DNA of 63,952 nt, counting the filler, from Choristocarpus tenellus KU-1152 (taxonomy: Eukaryota > Protista > Phaeophyceae), in assembly GCA_964200185.2 (NCBI GenBank). It is 13 parts of 13 records of this genome, joined end to end, with 100 filler letters (N's around TTAATTAATTAA, not from the genome) between each part and the next. Parts side by side here need not be neighbours in the genome. Positions count along the whole stretch, not along the records: positions 1 to 4,288 come from CAXNAD020015275.1; positions 4,389 to 8,617 come from CAXNAD020015580.1; positions 8,718 to 12,676 come from CAXNAD020016926.1; positions 12,777 to 17,992 come from CAXNAD020011478.1; 9 more parts are not named here. One strand, given 5' to 3'. Every line of letters starts with the position of its first letter. The stretch's first letter is position 1. Below the pieces are notes generated by a model that saw only the letters and a program-made list of their open reading frames with translations, did not search any database and had not been told where the DNA came from. Shown one piece after another: positions 1 to 15,109 of the stretch. A program made the position numbers and the translations under genes.

Positions 1-15
1 GAGGAGGAGGAGTGT

Positions 16-47
<32 letters not shown>

Positions 48-304
48 CGGGGGGGAGATTTGAAACAAGGTAAGTTCATGAGTATCTCCATTTGATTGAT
101 GTGAACGTGTTTTTGATCATCATCAGTGTTGATGGGGATGACGATTAGGTGTGCCTGGTTGAGTTTGGTTGTGCCATCGTTGCACTTGAGTGAGGAGAGT
201 CTTGGGAGTGTGTGCCATTTACACTTCAGTGGTTCCCTTTTGTATATGACCCCTGATACTATAATAGCTTTATCGTATGATCCTTTAGAATGATTATATG
301 TGAA

Positions 305-580
305 CAGTATTTTTGTTCAGTCTTTTTCTTTTTTATTTCAACACTTATTGATGAAGTATCAACTTTCCTTTTGTTTACAGTCTTTTTATTTTTATTTCAA
401 CACTTACTAGTGATGTATCAACTTTATTTCTGTTTACAGTCTTTTTATTTTTTATTTTCAACACTTACTAGTGATGTATCAACTTTATTTTTGTTTACAG
501 TCTTTTTCTTTCAACACTTACTAGTGATGTATCAACTTTATTTTTGTTTAGTCTTTTTCTTTTTTTTTATTTCAACGCTT
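305..580 (+). repeat. Intronic ~60-bp AT-rich tandem repeat, about 4.5 copies
   Basis: Unit ttcaacacttactagtgatgtatcaactttatttttgtttacagtcttttt recurs at about 60-bp spacing. Confidence 0.9.
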
Positions 581-661
581 CCATTCGTATGTAACCTACT
601 TTTGTTTTCTTTTTCTCCACTCACTCCTTTTGTTTCCTAACCCTAACCCTAACCCCATCAG

Positions 662-3331
<2,670 letters not shown>

Positions 3332-4288
3332 GTGAGTGAGATAGTGTCGATTGCATCCTTGATGTGTGTATGTTGTATTAGAGTAACGCCTGCTGTGTCT
3401 TGTGGTGGTCAACGGTATCACTTCCAGTAGGTTTTGAAGTCCCTCTTTTTTTTTATTGTTTGAATGGGATTTTGCCTTGATCGTGTGTGATTGAATAACG
3501 CCTTTTTGGATGTTGCTTGTTCTCTGTTCTAGGTACTGATTCTTGAGTGAGACGCCCCTTGCATATTTTATTTCCCCTCTCTTTTCAGTGAATATTCAGT
3601 GAATAATCCATGCACATATGATACCCATTGAAAAATTGAGTTGCTGTGGGGAGGGGAGGGGAGGGTTGTTGGACAGAAAAGAATACCCATCTGAGGAAGA
3701 GACCTTGGCCAAATTATGTGTCCCTTGCCATGTCCAAGACGTCAAAGGACAATACCTACTGTAAGGGCTTTGTTGGGAACTAACCCATAGCTAGAAGTAT
3801 CCTCTGCAAGGTGAACTGTCAGGAACTATTGTGTTTTAGTAACTGTCAGGAATTATTTTTATATCTATTGTGTTTTAGTAACTGTCGGCATTTTTATATT
3901 TTTATAACCTGGATTTCTTGGCATTGGCTACTGGTCTTCATGACGTGATCTCTTTGATGAAAATAATGTTGAGTGGTTGGGTAGGGTATTGGAAAGAATC
4001 ACTATTAAAAGTGATGTGTGTGCTAACACGAGGACTGCTGTGCCAAAATGAAGGCTTGGTCGGTTTGTTTTTCCTACTCTCCTCCCCTAGAGGCTCTAAG
4101 GTGAACTCACACTTTGGTGCAAGTTTTTGGTTCTGAGCCAAAGTAATACTCGTCTCCCATGCCTTATAATCATTTCTAAGTTGCTCCCCCCTTGTACCGA
4201 TGCCCGCTGCTTCACCCTGTTTTTGCTTGTACCATGCCCGCATTGATTGTCATTGTGGTTGTTTTGTGTGTCAATGCTGAAAATCGAT

Positions 4289-4388
4289 NNNNNNNNNNNN
4301 NNNNNNNNNNNNNNNNNNNNNNNNNNNNNNNNTTAATTAATTAANNNNNNNNNNNNNNNNNNNNNNNNNNNNNNNNNNNNNNNNNNNN
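4289..4388. other. Artificial contig linker (44N-TTAATTAATTAA-44N). Same linker at 8618-8717, 12677-12776, 17993-18092, 21901-22000, 26600-26699, 29499-29598, 38529-38628, 44105-44204, 47400-47499, 54623-54722, 58649-58748
   Basis: Identical 100-nt spacer with six-frame stop cassette occurs 12 times; flanking sequences are unrelated. Confidence 0.98.
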
Positions 4389-4399
4389 CGCACTGCTCT

Positions 4400-6470
4400 T
4401 TTCCCCAACCTTCCCTTCGACCGGTCACTCTGGTTCTCCCTTTGCCCACCTCGACCAGGCTTCCCCACAGACTTCGTCACTGTACCTAATGGTGATGGAC
4501 TCGCCGCTCTCTTCCGGCTTTACCAAGGTGGCAGAGACTGCAGAGCAGTTCTCCGACATTGTCGAAGATCCAACTACGTTTGTGCGGCAATGCTTTCAAT
4601 GCATCTTCTCTCGGCGTCAGCGTCACGGCCCCATGATCCATTCCTCGATTTGATTATGCTGCTGCACCATAGTACTCGCACTTTCTCGTCACCTAGCATC
4701 GCACTGAGAGTGTCGCACGGTACTTGCTTTTCTGTCGCCTCTCGATAGGGAAGGTGCCGAGGGTAGACCCAGGGGGAAGAGTGGCCTCGGCGTCTCTCCT
4801 TGTCTCACCATCGTGGTTCATGTTGCTGTGTAAGTCACTTGTGTGTGTGCTCGCAGAAAGTCTGCAAAAGGCGTTAAAAGATGGGCGGAAATCTTGAAAT
4901 GTTTTTGGTATCCACACACCGACCAAACTTGGGCAGCGACCTACCCCGGACTAGGTTTCTACAAGGAGTTCAGCCAACCACTTCATTTTTGTCCGTTTTG
5001 AAGTCGTGACCTTCAAAATTGCGGCGGAGATGTTCCCCCGCGAATTTGGTATTATTTGATCGGGACATAGCTCTCGTTCCCCGAAGCCTGGACATCCGTG
5101 GATACAAATCTTCAAAAGCTCTTGTCATGCCCTTTCATTTGATATATCTATATTGTTGTGTATCGTTTGTGTGTTTATGGTGAAAAAGTCAACATTGCCA
5201 CAGAGGGCGAAGCTACTCATACCACCTTATTTGATTCCTTCTGGACGCAAGCCATTCAGAGGGAGATATGGTTGTACTCCCCCTCAGGGGGGTGGTACCG
5301 TTGTTCTCCAGACCCTGCATCCATTGCTGTCCCGTCTTTTGCTTCTGATATCGCTCACCTATATGCTCTTGTGGGTTCTCGTTCGGGTGCTTGGAAACCT
5401 GTACCCTGAAAGTCTCTTCTATCCCCAGGACTCTGGGCTGTGATAGGAGGACCCTTGAAGATACCTCGATATGGTGGTGACCAAAGTGGTGCAGCCCATT
5501 CCTGGCGGGATTTAGGATAATCTACGGAGGGCTCCCAATGTCTGCTGGTCCTCTGGGACCGTTCTGAAAGTCATGCGGTCAACTCTTGGATGTTCTATGA
5601 TACTAAACGTGTGAACTTTCCACCCTCGAGAATTTTCCATCATTGGGCAGTAAAAGGTCAAGAAACCAAGTGGAGGAGCTTGTACGCCTGGACAGTCCCT
5701 ATTGTCAGGGTCTCCCCCTCTCCCTTGGGGCTGCCACTCCATGCATCAGGAGATCCACTGTGTCCATGAGGGCGACCATGTGGGCAGTGCGAAGCCTGCC
5801 AGGGAGCTTCTTAACTGTGGTGATAATTATTTCGCTCCAGGATCTACATCTGGACTTGGTCAAGGGCAGAAGCAACACTTGGAGTATGAACCTCCAATGG
5901 CAGGGGTGAATGTGGGGGTAGGTGGCTTAGATTTCTGGGGGGGGGGGAAGGGAGGGTGGGGTTTTGAGGTGGAGGGAGTGGGGGAAAGGATTGGAAGCGG
6001 TGATTCCCTTGCTTAAGGTAGGGCGGGGGGGAGTGGGATGGGGAAAGGGGGAAAGGGGCAAAGGTGTGAGAGGGTTTCCAATAAGGTAAGGCATTGTGGA
6101 TTGCTCACCTCCCAATTCCGGCCATTCCAAGTGAGTATGTGTCCGAGATGTAGTTTTGATCGCGGGGGTATGTATGCAATCCCCTTAGGGGTGAACTCCC
6201 AGCAGGATTGAACTTGGTCAAATCTTGCATTTGTACCCCTCACCCCTGAGAAGGCTTGATTTATTCTATTTTTGTTTTCAAATAGTAATTTTTCTTAGGT
6301 ATGTCTCGAGAACATTGACGACTGTTTTACAATTAAAAGCATGGTTGTCTGTTATCATACCGTTATTGATGTATGGTATATATACCGTCATACCGATTGA
6401 GGTTTCCTTGTCAGGAATCCCTGATTCCAGTGGAGGATCTTTCGTATGATTGAGGTGGGGAATTATTGGC
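4400..6470 (-). mobile_element. Highly degenerate Ty3/Gypsy pol relic (RT-RNaseH-integrase)
   Basis: Minus-strand fragments HAFNCKTVVNV (cf. DYRALN), ARFDQV...HLGHILTW, PLGFLTFY (cf. RFLGL..YY) and DFLRAHT lie in gypsy order, with many stops and frameshifts. Confidence 0.5.
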
Positions 6471-6824
6471 TTTTTTTTTCCCTGGCACATCTGCAAAATG
6501 TCAGAGGGCATACTAATATATATTTAGGTGGGGAATTTTGTACAAGAAACCACTCCCGCAAGTAATATACTCATCACTTCAATCAGAGATGTCAAACATT
6601 AATAATTCTCTCTTTATTATTTCGTCTTGGTTTTTTGGTCATAATAAGGTTCTCATTACTCTGCAACTCTCTGCAATTCCCTGCAGTCTTTGCACTTTTC
6701 CAGCCTTAACCTCATCTTCTCGGTTACGCTTCGTCTGGTTCGTCTGGTTCGTCTGGTCCGTCTTATCCAGTGATTATCTTCACTGTCTTGTCTGACCACG
6801 ACACAACATCGTATGATTCAATAT

Positions 6825-6871
6825 TGGCGACACCGGTGAGATTTGAACTCACGCGTGCAAGGCACACAAAT
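6825..6871 (-). other. 3' half of a tRNA-Ser-like molecule including CCA; PBS-like reverse-transcribed copy
   Basis: Reverse complement ATTTGTGTGCCTTGCACGCGTGAGTTCAAATCTCACCGGTGTCGCCA shows a long variable arm, T-arm GTGAG-TTCAAAT-CTCAC, acceptor strand, G discriminator and CCA. The 5' half is absent. Confidence 0.75.
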
Positions 6872-7067
6872 CTATCATTTGAATACTATTTGTACTGGTC
6901 ATGTAGTATATAGGAAGTTTATGAATTAATCTGAGTTTTCTGGACAGGAGGATTCTGGTAGGATTGATGTACAGAGAAGGGATGGTTGATGAAGGAAAAG
7001 AAAAACAGTCAAAGGGGGAATGAAGAGTTAAGTACTGAAGAGGTAGGAGAGAAGTTGAAAGAAATGG

Positions 7068-8150
7068 TTAGTAGGTGGAAGCACGAGGTAAGAAGGAACG
7101 GTCAAAACGCAACGCAAACATCAGGCTGGTGGTACGGACGATGAGGCCTAGAACAAGACGCCCTCTGAGCAATCTCTCCCACCCACCCACCATTTCGCTT
7201 GCTCCCAAGCGACTGGGATGCTGGGTAGGGGGAGGGGAGGTCAAGTTCGTTTGAGGTAGATGCCTTCTAGTTCGAATACTCCGAGTATATATATTACAAA
7301 TGTCTATATACTGCGTATAATATTTCGTACTATTTGTGTATGGTTGTATGATATTGACACTCCGACAGTGCACTACAATATGGAGTATATATGAAGCTTC
7401 CCTACCTTCACCACAAATTCCTCCTCCTATGCTGGATCGGATTTCGCGAACAAGGGGAACAAGTGTTGGAAATCGAAAGGAATTGATGAGTATTGGTTGA
7501 AGTGCAGAGGACAAATACAGGTTTATCGGTGCCATTTGGGTCCAAAAACGGGTAGAGGCCAAAGCAAATTGGATTATGGAGTCCTCCATCATGCGACTCC
7601 TACTGATATCGTTCTATCCTGTTCTTGTCCACATGTTAACAGGTACAACACCCCTTGTCTACTCTCTATGTCGCTCACCCATTTCTGTCCGCTTTTTGCT
7701 CAGATTTGTACTTAAAGTTCAAGAATAAATTTGAAATTCTGATATGTCACTTCAATCTTGTGGTAATATCTTAGCGTCAGACCATAAATTTGTACTCGTT
7801 TCCGCCCATTGTATGTACTATGATTGAACGAACAATACAACCCTTCGGTCATATTACAGCACATATCAGACACGTTACAAACTCCGATCCTCATCTCCAG
7901 ACAACATCCGAGCCTTCGACTGGAAGCATTCCCTCTTGTAACCATTTTCTCACGCCACAGTCGACCTCGGAAATCAGATTTAGAACATGTGTGGTGTGTG
8001 GTGGCACGGATGGATTGCATTGTTTGTCCAATCACAGTGCTTACAATGGGTGGAAACAGGTGAGTGACGTGGAGAATAGACAAGGGGTGCTGTAACTGTG
8101 AACGTGGAGGAAAGAACAGGTATAGAACGATCGTATAATGGGTCTAATGA
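7068..8150 (-). mobile_element. Possible non-LTR (LINE) retrotransposon 3' relic
   Basis: GICGEGREASYILHIVVHC resembles the LINE C-terminal CCHC motif; otherwise degenerate. Confidence 0.3.
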
Positions 8151-8265
8151 ACAACTGCTATCCAACTTGTCTTCCCCTACTATACCTGTTTTTGGTTCAA
8201 AATGACAAATGAATACCCATTCTTCTCCACTGCGCCAAGTTTAATCAGCTCGAAAGAATTGGTGT

Positions 8266-8432
8266 CAGTCAAACCAAGACGTAGGCAGGGTTGCAATTTT
8301 AGGATCCCGAGAAAGGGCAAAATGCCATTTTGTACAATGTCAGAAAGAAGCCTTCCCTGATTGTGGTGTCACTTTGTGTGCGGAAAGGGGGAATATCAAT
8401 TTTGAGTAAACAATTGTGAATATATAGCAATG
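8266..8432 (+). mobile_element. MITE family C, truncated by a family A insertion
   Basis: Shares gcagggttgca..ggatcccgagaaagggcaaaa..ttgtggtgtcactttgtg with the 16652, 45447 and 46901 copies. Confidence 0.8.
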
Positions 8433-8434
8433 AA

Positions 8435-8600
8435 GGTTCAAAGTATCTGGGGGGGGGATGGCGACTGTCCATTTGGGGCCCATTTTTCCATGTCGCTATT
8501 TTCGGATGATTTGGATTGCATGCATCAGATAAATGTAAGTGCACTTTTCCTGGTCAGGGCTGGACACCCTGGTGTAGACCCACCCCCCCCCCCCCCCCCT
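8435..8600 (-). mobile_element. MITE family A (poly-G TIR)
   Basis: GGTTCAAAGTATCTG(G)n terminus; body is the reverse complement of the 9695 and 14926 copies. Confidence 0.85.
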
Positions 8601-8730
8601 CCCGCGTCTACAGAGCANNNNNNNNNNNNNNNNNNNNNNNNNNNNNNNNNNNNNNNNNNNNTTAATTAATTAANNNNNNNNNNNNNNNNNNNNNNNNNNN
8701 NNNNNNNNNNNNNNNNNCATCGTTTTAAGG

Positions 8731-8787
8731 TCGTTGGATTTGAGTTGTACATCCTGGAAGGTGAGCATTGAGGGGCGCCTGTAACAA
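8731..8787 (-). repeat. Probable LTR end, identical to 12620-12675 in inverted orientation
   Basis: TGTTACAGGCGCCCCTCAATGCTCACCTTCCAGGATGTACAACTCAAATCCAACGA occurs at both contig ends and begins with TG. Confidence 0.7.
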
Positions 8788-8799
8788 TAAAGCGAGGTA

Positions 8800-9690
8800 A
8801 TAGTAATATTGATCCAACCTTGAGTTATCCCAAGACTCACCAGTTGGCTATGGTGATTACTGCAGCATCAAAAGTTGTGCGTGGGGCTGCATTTTAGAGC
8901 AACACATTTTTGTGATTACCGTTTTTTTGATCTGTGACATTTGACCTCGCAAATGCACCCCAACCTCAATGGTCTCTCTTTCTCCGAACTTCAAGTAGTG
9001 GTCAGTACAACGGCAGTTTAGAGTGGGCATAAATTGACCAATTATGATTTTCATCCGATCTTGCTTTTCCCCCGTAGTCAATGTAGCACATCAGTTCCAG
9101 TATCATGCAATCCCTAACCCTCAACACGCTTTCTCTTTTGCATCAAACTCTCCCCAAATAACCTGACCAGGAACTTGTGGAGGCAGCAATCTTAACCATG
9201 GAGCGTGTAGAGTCTGCCAAGACTGTATCAGGCAGCTGTGGTTTGCGGTCTGATGAAGTAAACGAAGCCCTTTATCTGATGCTCCCCTTTTTGCCTTACG
9301 CGGTCAGAGCCTTTGAGAAGGTGTTTAAGCACCTGACTGACACAATTGCAACGTGTCATCCTTCTGACTAAGACAAGGACAAGTCAAGTAAGGGGGGTAT
9401 GGGCTTCAACAACCAAATCTACTCTTCGTTTCAGTTTTCTGGTGCAAGCATTTGAGTATCTCTCGTTTCTACCACTGAAGTTAAGAACACAGTTGACTTG
9501 GCTTGGCCGGCCTACATCCATCCGGAATTGGTTATGTCACCTCTAAAGGGGTAACAAAAATTAGACACCCACACAAAACCGATCAATATCTTAGGTTGGA
9601 GTTGTTGATGGTTGAAGGTTTGAAGTTGAAGGATTGGTGTTTTGGCTTTGAATCAGATGTTATTATATGGATGTCGAATTCTACACATAG
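8800..9690 (-). mobile_element. Degenerate Gypsy-type reverse transcriptase relic
   Basis: Minus-strand QKGEHQIKGF..RPQTTA..SLGRLY resembles KGYHQI...KTAF..G.Y; many stops. Confidence 0.35.
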
Positions 9691-9694
9691 ATTA

Positions 9695-9872
9695 GCCTCA
9701 AAGTATCTGGGGGGGGGGGGTTCTACACCAGGTTGTCTACTCGGTCCCGACTAGTAGAAGTGCACATACACATTATCCATCCGACGAATGCACCAAAATC
9801 ACCCCAAAATCGCGACCTTGGAAAATGGGCCCCGATTGGACAGCCACCCCACCTCCCCACGTATTTTGATCC
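9695..9872 (+). mobile_element. MITE family A, full length, decayed
   Basis: CAAAGTATCTG(G)n...CCCCACGTATTTTGA; body aligns with 14926-15104. Confidence 0.85.
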
Positions 9873-11615
9873 TTAAAGGCACGTGGCTTCATACAGTAAC
9901 GGTATATGAAATGATTGGATGTTTGGGACATCAGATTGAAGTTTCATTTGGACGATGTGATCAAGTGGAGGTACTTTGCATTGCGGAGGTATTGCGTGAT
10001 CTTAATCTTCATGTGTATTCCTTACGTAGGGTTGTTGAACTGGATGATCTTCTGCAGTTAGTTGCACTCAGTAGAATGTACAGGTTGAGTACAGCAAGCG
10101 GGACACAACAGTCCAGAAGTCTTGGCTTGTTGTGTTTACTTCTTAGAGGTCACGATCCTCGGACAGGAGTCCCCTCCCCCCCAAAACATCCGCAATGTAT
10201 GGCGAAGTTCTTCGAATCGTAGTGTTATTTTATATAGTAAAAGCAATAATTTAGAATTCAAGAAAATATAGGATGAAAGTGCAATGGTTTAGGATAGATC
10301 CCCTTCCTTTTGATGTGAACTCAATAGTTGGTTGGAGACACCTCCCTTCACTCTTTTCAAAATTCTTGAAAGCTCTTCCCTATTTCGAACCTTTTCTGGT
10401 CACCTGTGAAATCCCAACTTAGGGCTATAAGCTCTAAATTCTTTATCACAACAAGGACATTTTCTTTGACTTTTTCGTCTTCTTGCTGCTGTTATGGACA
10501 TTTTTTAACACTATTTTGGACTCTTTTTTGGACCGTTTTACACTTTTTCGCTGACATTGCTCTGGTTTACCCTCTTCTCTCCACGTTTCACTTAAATTCC
10601 TCTACTATTTTTTGTGATTCATGTGCACCTCCATCTCCACTTTTCGTACTGTTGAGGTCATGGGCATCTGATATGTCTATCACAGTAGAAGAGACGTTGG
10701 GTCATGGACACATTTGATCTGAGAGGGAGAAACATGATGGGGACCGATAGTTGTATTACTCAAAGGAGGGAGCAGATTCAATACCGCCCCTTGGTTATGA
10801 CTGCGAGCATTGATCCTCTTGTTGGACGTAGTACTACTCTTGTGCCGTGGACATACTTGTGCACCAGTAAATAAATATGAATTAATATATAATTCCTGCA
10901 TATTGGGCCACCAAAAAAATACATAATGGACCACCACTCACAGATTTTCACCTTGGGTGAGCGAATCTTTCTAGACACGTGCTATGTGGTTAGAGCCAAA
11001 TCAATTGAGAGATATACAAGTTTGGACCCTGCCCATGTCTCTGCCAACCAATAACCTCCTCGTTTAGCTTGTTGTAGATGTTGAGTTCTCTATCAAATGA
11101 ACAATGAACGGCAACACCCCTGTGTGTATGAAAGGTTCTCTAAAACAACTACTGATACATCAATCTTGCACACTCTCAAAATGCCAACGTCAGTTTTTGC
11201 GCACTATCTCGAAACTGTATTATCCCACCCGAGACCCAATTACCCTGATATCTTGTCACAAATGTACTCCGATGTTGCACCAAGACATAGGCAGAATTCC
11301 CTGTCAAAACTTTTCACCTTGTAAATAACCTCTGGTTTAGGAATGATGTAGTACATGTTTTCCCTCCCTCGGAAAGTTTACACTCATATATCACTACATG
11401 CAACCCCATGTGAAAGCAAGTATGAATTTCGTTTTTCTATTTGGACTTGGCTGCTGTGAAGGTGGCATCTCTTAAGGTCATGGTGAGCTTGTCCCCTGGA
11501 TCCACTTGTCTGCAAGCTTCAAGACAAAACCTACACTAGGTCAAAAAGTTTAGTCCTTCATACAGAGTAGCCCAATCTGGTGTGCCTACTTCCCTCAATA
11601 CCAGTCTATGATTAG

Positions 11616-12123
11616 GAGTCAAAGTATCTTAGAGGGTAGAGCCGCGTCTGTTTGGGGTCCAAAATCCAATGTTGCGATTTGATGTAATTTTGACTATTGT
11701 ATTTGTTAGGAAGTGTCAATATCCTTGTTCTGAACAAACCTTCTCATAATGTACACATTTTGCCTACTACTCCGAAACATTCCATTCCGAAGTATCTTAG
11801 AGGGTACGAATCTTGCCCTGTTTGTCCATTTGGGGCTTGGCTTCCCACAGGTTTTCTATAACATTTTCCTACTCCAAAATGTTTCGGAGTAGGTGAAATG
11901 TATACTTCATGAAAAGGTTTGTTCAGAACAAGGATATTGACACTTCCTAACAAACACAATAGCCAAAATCACTTCAAATCGCAACTTTGGATTTTGGCCT
12001 CTAAACGGACTCGGCTTGACCCTCTAAGATACTCTAACGCAAAATGTCACAAGAAACCCGTGAAAGTCAAGCCCCAAACGGACAAACAGGATAAAACTCC
12101 TACCCTCTAAGATACTCACACTC
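11616..12123 (+). mobile_element. MITE family B with an inverted family B copy nested inside (about 11785-12040)
   Basis: TIR GAGTCAAAGTATCTTAGAGGGTA...TACCCTCTAAGATACTCACACTC; perfect 4-bp TSD TTAG (11612-11615 and 12124-12127). Confidence 0.92.
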
Positions 12124-12776
12124 TTAGGTAGGGCAGATGTCATGGTGTAGTCCACCCACTTGTTGTGCAGCATGAGTACAGGGGTGAGATGTACTTTCAT
12201 GCATGCGATGTGCGCCGTAATCTTCATCCTCTGCACGAAGAAATCGCTAAAATCAAAGGCTTGTCTTGTGCCAGGAGCAAATTCAGCACAGGAGAAAGAT
12301 ACATGAACAGGAAGAAGTTTCTCCCAACATTTTTCTTTTCATGGTCAAACCTTTTCAATCCTGTTCGGGATGCGGTAAAGATTATCGATTAGTACCCACT
12401 GTTAAGTTCAACTGGAGTCTCCGACCTCGATCTTGTGCGCAAAATCTCTGAGTATTGTATGCATAGTATAAGCAATTCTACACAACAACAAGAGTATAAG
12501 TGTCTGTTTTCTATCAACCTATTCCAACGAAGAATGTCTAGATATTTTCTGAAGGAGGGGCAGAACAGGATGTATTTAGGTAAGAAGGTATGCAGCATGT
12601 CGATTTGGTCAGCATGAAATGTTACAGGCGCCCCTCAATGCTCACCTTCCAGGATGTACAACTCAAATCCAACGATNNNNNNNNNNNNNNNNNNNNNNNN
12701 NNNNNNNNNNNNNNNNNNNNTTAATTAATTAANNNNNNNNNNNNNNNNNNNNNNNNNNNNNNNNNNNNNNNNNNNN

Positions 12777-13129
12777 GTGTATGCGCACCAGGCACCATCG
12801 CAAGGGCGTGCCGCCCTGCAAGCGCAACCTTGGTATTCGGGGACACTTGGGTACCCTTCCTACACGGGGGGGTCGGCGGGGGGGTTACCATGTGTCGACG
12901 TTCTGACCCTTGTCGTGCCCAGTTCTGGCCTCAAAATAACCTCAAATTATTCCTGCTTTGACGGCTTGAAGCACCTCGAGTTTGTACCTGATTATCCTCG
13001 ACTCCCACCTTTTCTGAGAGCTGAGATTATCAACCTGATTTCATTCTGTGGGGTTATCGTCCGATTTGGTGCCGTTCTCGCTTGGCAAGCGCAGATGTTT
13101 CGCAACACAAACTTATGGCACAAAGGTAG
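12777..13129 (-). mobile_element. 5' end of mariner family 1, cut by the contig end
   Basis: Reverse-complement homologue of 19613-19960; ends in TIR ..ACTTATGGCACAAAGGTAG followed by TA. Confidence 0.85.
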
Positions 13130-13992
13130 TACATGAATTCGATAAAAATGATCGCATGGTCCTGTCCCATGGCAGTAGAAAATAGCCTTGCACTAAACTA
13201 CCTCCTCTCCTAATTTTGTGGGAACACCAGATGTTACATATACTATTTATTTTTCTATTTTTGTCAGTGGGACATGAGGATAATTATGTTACAGATTATG
13301 CATACCCCAGAACACGTTGTAGTGCTCTGTCATGATCCAAATTTGTTATTTTTTCCTCTCTTAGTGGTACTTGGCCTTTTATATGTTTTATCATGCGTAC
13401 ACACTCTTGACGCACGAAAAAAAGAGATGAGATTGAGGAAGTCAGGGCTGCCTCACAGAGAAGTCAAATTCCGATCCATCCAAGGAACAGGTTCTCGCTC
13501 TGCAGATTCTGATTGACATACCTCCATTATTCACATAGCCTAGCCTTAACCTGAAAACGATTAAAACCATCATCAACAGCTGGTTCCATCAAAGCTCTAA
13601 AAGAGCAGTCGACACAACCTGCTCTTTCTCAGAGCAGTCTCTAGTGAAATTTAAACGCATCCTCAATTATGCTTTACATCAATCAGTTCATCCCAGGCGA
13701 ACTGTAAGAAACATATGGCTCAGAGGTGTCATTCATCCTGTGACATTGAATAGCACATGTGACTTGTTTTCATTTTTATTTTTGGCGTTCCTCTACACGT
13801 TACACCCTCTTACGTTTTTTGTCACATTTGTTCTGTTAGTTGCAATTAGCCGCACCTTTGCTTGTAGAAGATAGCTATTTGTGTGTACCGTTAATATTTA
13901 CAACGTTTAGTCACCTGTATGGTATGACAAGGAAAAGACAATTGATAGCGTATATATACATATGTGAAGAACTTGTGAAACTGTTAGGAGAT

Positions 13993-14290
13993 GTGTCATA
14001 ATGCTATACCGCACAGCCAACTCCCGATTTCATAGCGCGCAGAAGTCCGGAGGATATTGTAGGTAGATGGGAAGATAAGGAAGACAGTAGTACAATATTG
14101 GATAGTTGTGAAGTAACTGATTAGTGGTTTCCACACTTACAACGTTTTACGTGTTCTTATGTTTAGGATATTTTATTTCTTTAGGGCTAATAACGACATA
14201 TATATATAGTTTTCATTGGTTTCCCCCCTGACACATCTGCAAAATGTCACATGAGGGCATAATAATAAAATATTTATTGGTCAGCGACCT
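13993..14290 (+). repeat. Probable LTR followed by PBS-like TGGTCAGCGAC
   Basis: acacatctgcaaaatgtca..gagggcataataataaa also occurs at about 6480-6525 and, inverted, at about 18275-18335; taggtagatgggaagataagga also at about 26572; lies upstream of a Copia relic. Confidence 0.5.
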
Positions 14291-14567
14291 GCCACACAAA
14301 ATAGCTCCTATTCTAGATGTACATAAACGATTATCTTTCTTCAGGGAGGAGTAACAGATAGAGCTCTACAGCAGTAAAGGTCTAGGGCTTTATACCTAGC
14401 TCTACATCGTATTATATTTTTTCAAAGTGGTAAGAAGATCAAATATTACTACTACTTCGAAGTATACAACAAAGACACGCAAGAAAGGCATGCAAATAGA
14501 ACTCAAACGCTGCAAAAGAAGTCACCACCAGGTGTAACTATCGGTTCCAGAAGACACCAGCACCAGT

Positions 14568-14826
14568 GAGTCAGGTTATCTTAGAGGGTAGAGTCGCGTC
14601 CGTTTGGGGGCCAATATCCAATGTTGTGATTTTTATGTAATTTTGGCTATCGTGTTTGTTAGGAAGTGTCAATATTCTTGTCTTGTACACACCTTTTCAT
14701 AACCTATACATTTTACCTACTCTGAAATATTTCGGAGTAGGAAAATGTCATAAAAAACCCCGTGAGAAGCCAAGCTCCGAACAGACAAACAGGGCAAAAC
14801 TTGTACCCTCTAACATACTTTCACTC
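14568..14826 (+). mobile_element. MITE family B, full length (259 bp)
   Basis: GAGTCAGGTTATCTTAGAGGGTA...TACCCTCTAACATACTTTCACTC; flanked by AGT/AGT; central hairpin CCTACTCTGAAATATTTCGGAGTAGG. Confidence 0.9.
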
Positions 14827-14925
14827 AGTGCCAGGCCTCCACTTCAATGCAAATCAGGAGCAAATAAACTAATATATAGATGTTTTATTATGTGCTCATG
14901 GAGTATGTGTTAATAGCGCACATGC

Positions 14926-15104
14926 GACCCAAAGTATCTGTGGGGGGGAAAGGGGTCTACACCAGGGTGTCCATTTGGACCATAACCAGGAAAAGTGCAC
15001 CTACATTATCCATCCTACGTATGCAACCAAATCACCCAAAAATCGCAACATGAAAAAATTGACCCCGAATGGACAGCCGCCACCCCCTCCAGATACTTTG
15101 AGTC
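14926..15104 (+). mobile_element. MITE family A, full length (179 bp)
   Basis: GACCCAAAGTATCTG...CAGATACTTTGAGTC; flanks ATGC/ATGT (4-bp TSD with one mismatch). Confidence 0.9.
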
Positions 15105-15109
15105 ATGTT

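Noticed and set aside
16-56. Long G run as a G-quadruplex
   Set aside because: At a contig or window edge where poly-G is likely a sequencing artefact; length unreliable
290-640. 116-aa hydrophobic ORF
   Set aside because: Translation of the intronic AT-rich tandem repeat
4333-4344. Recurrent TTAATTAATTAA palindrome within N runs, and ORFs ending in X runs
   Set aside because: Artificial concatenation linker; adjacency across linkers carries no biological meaning
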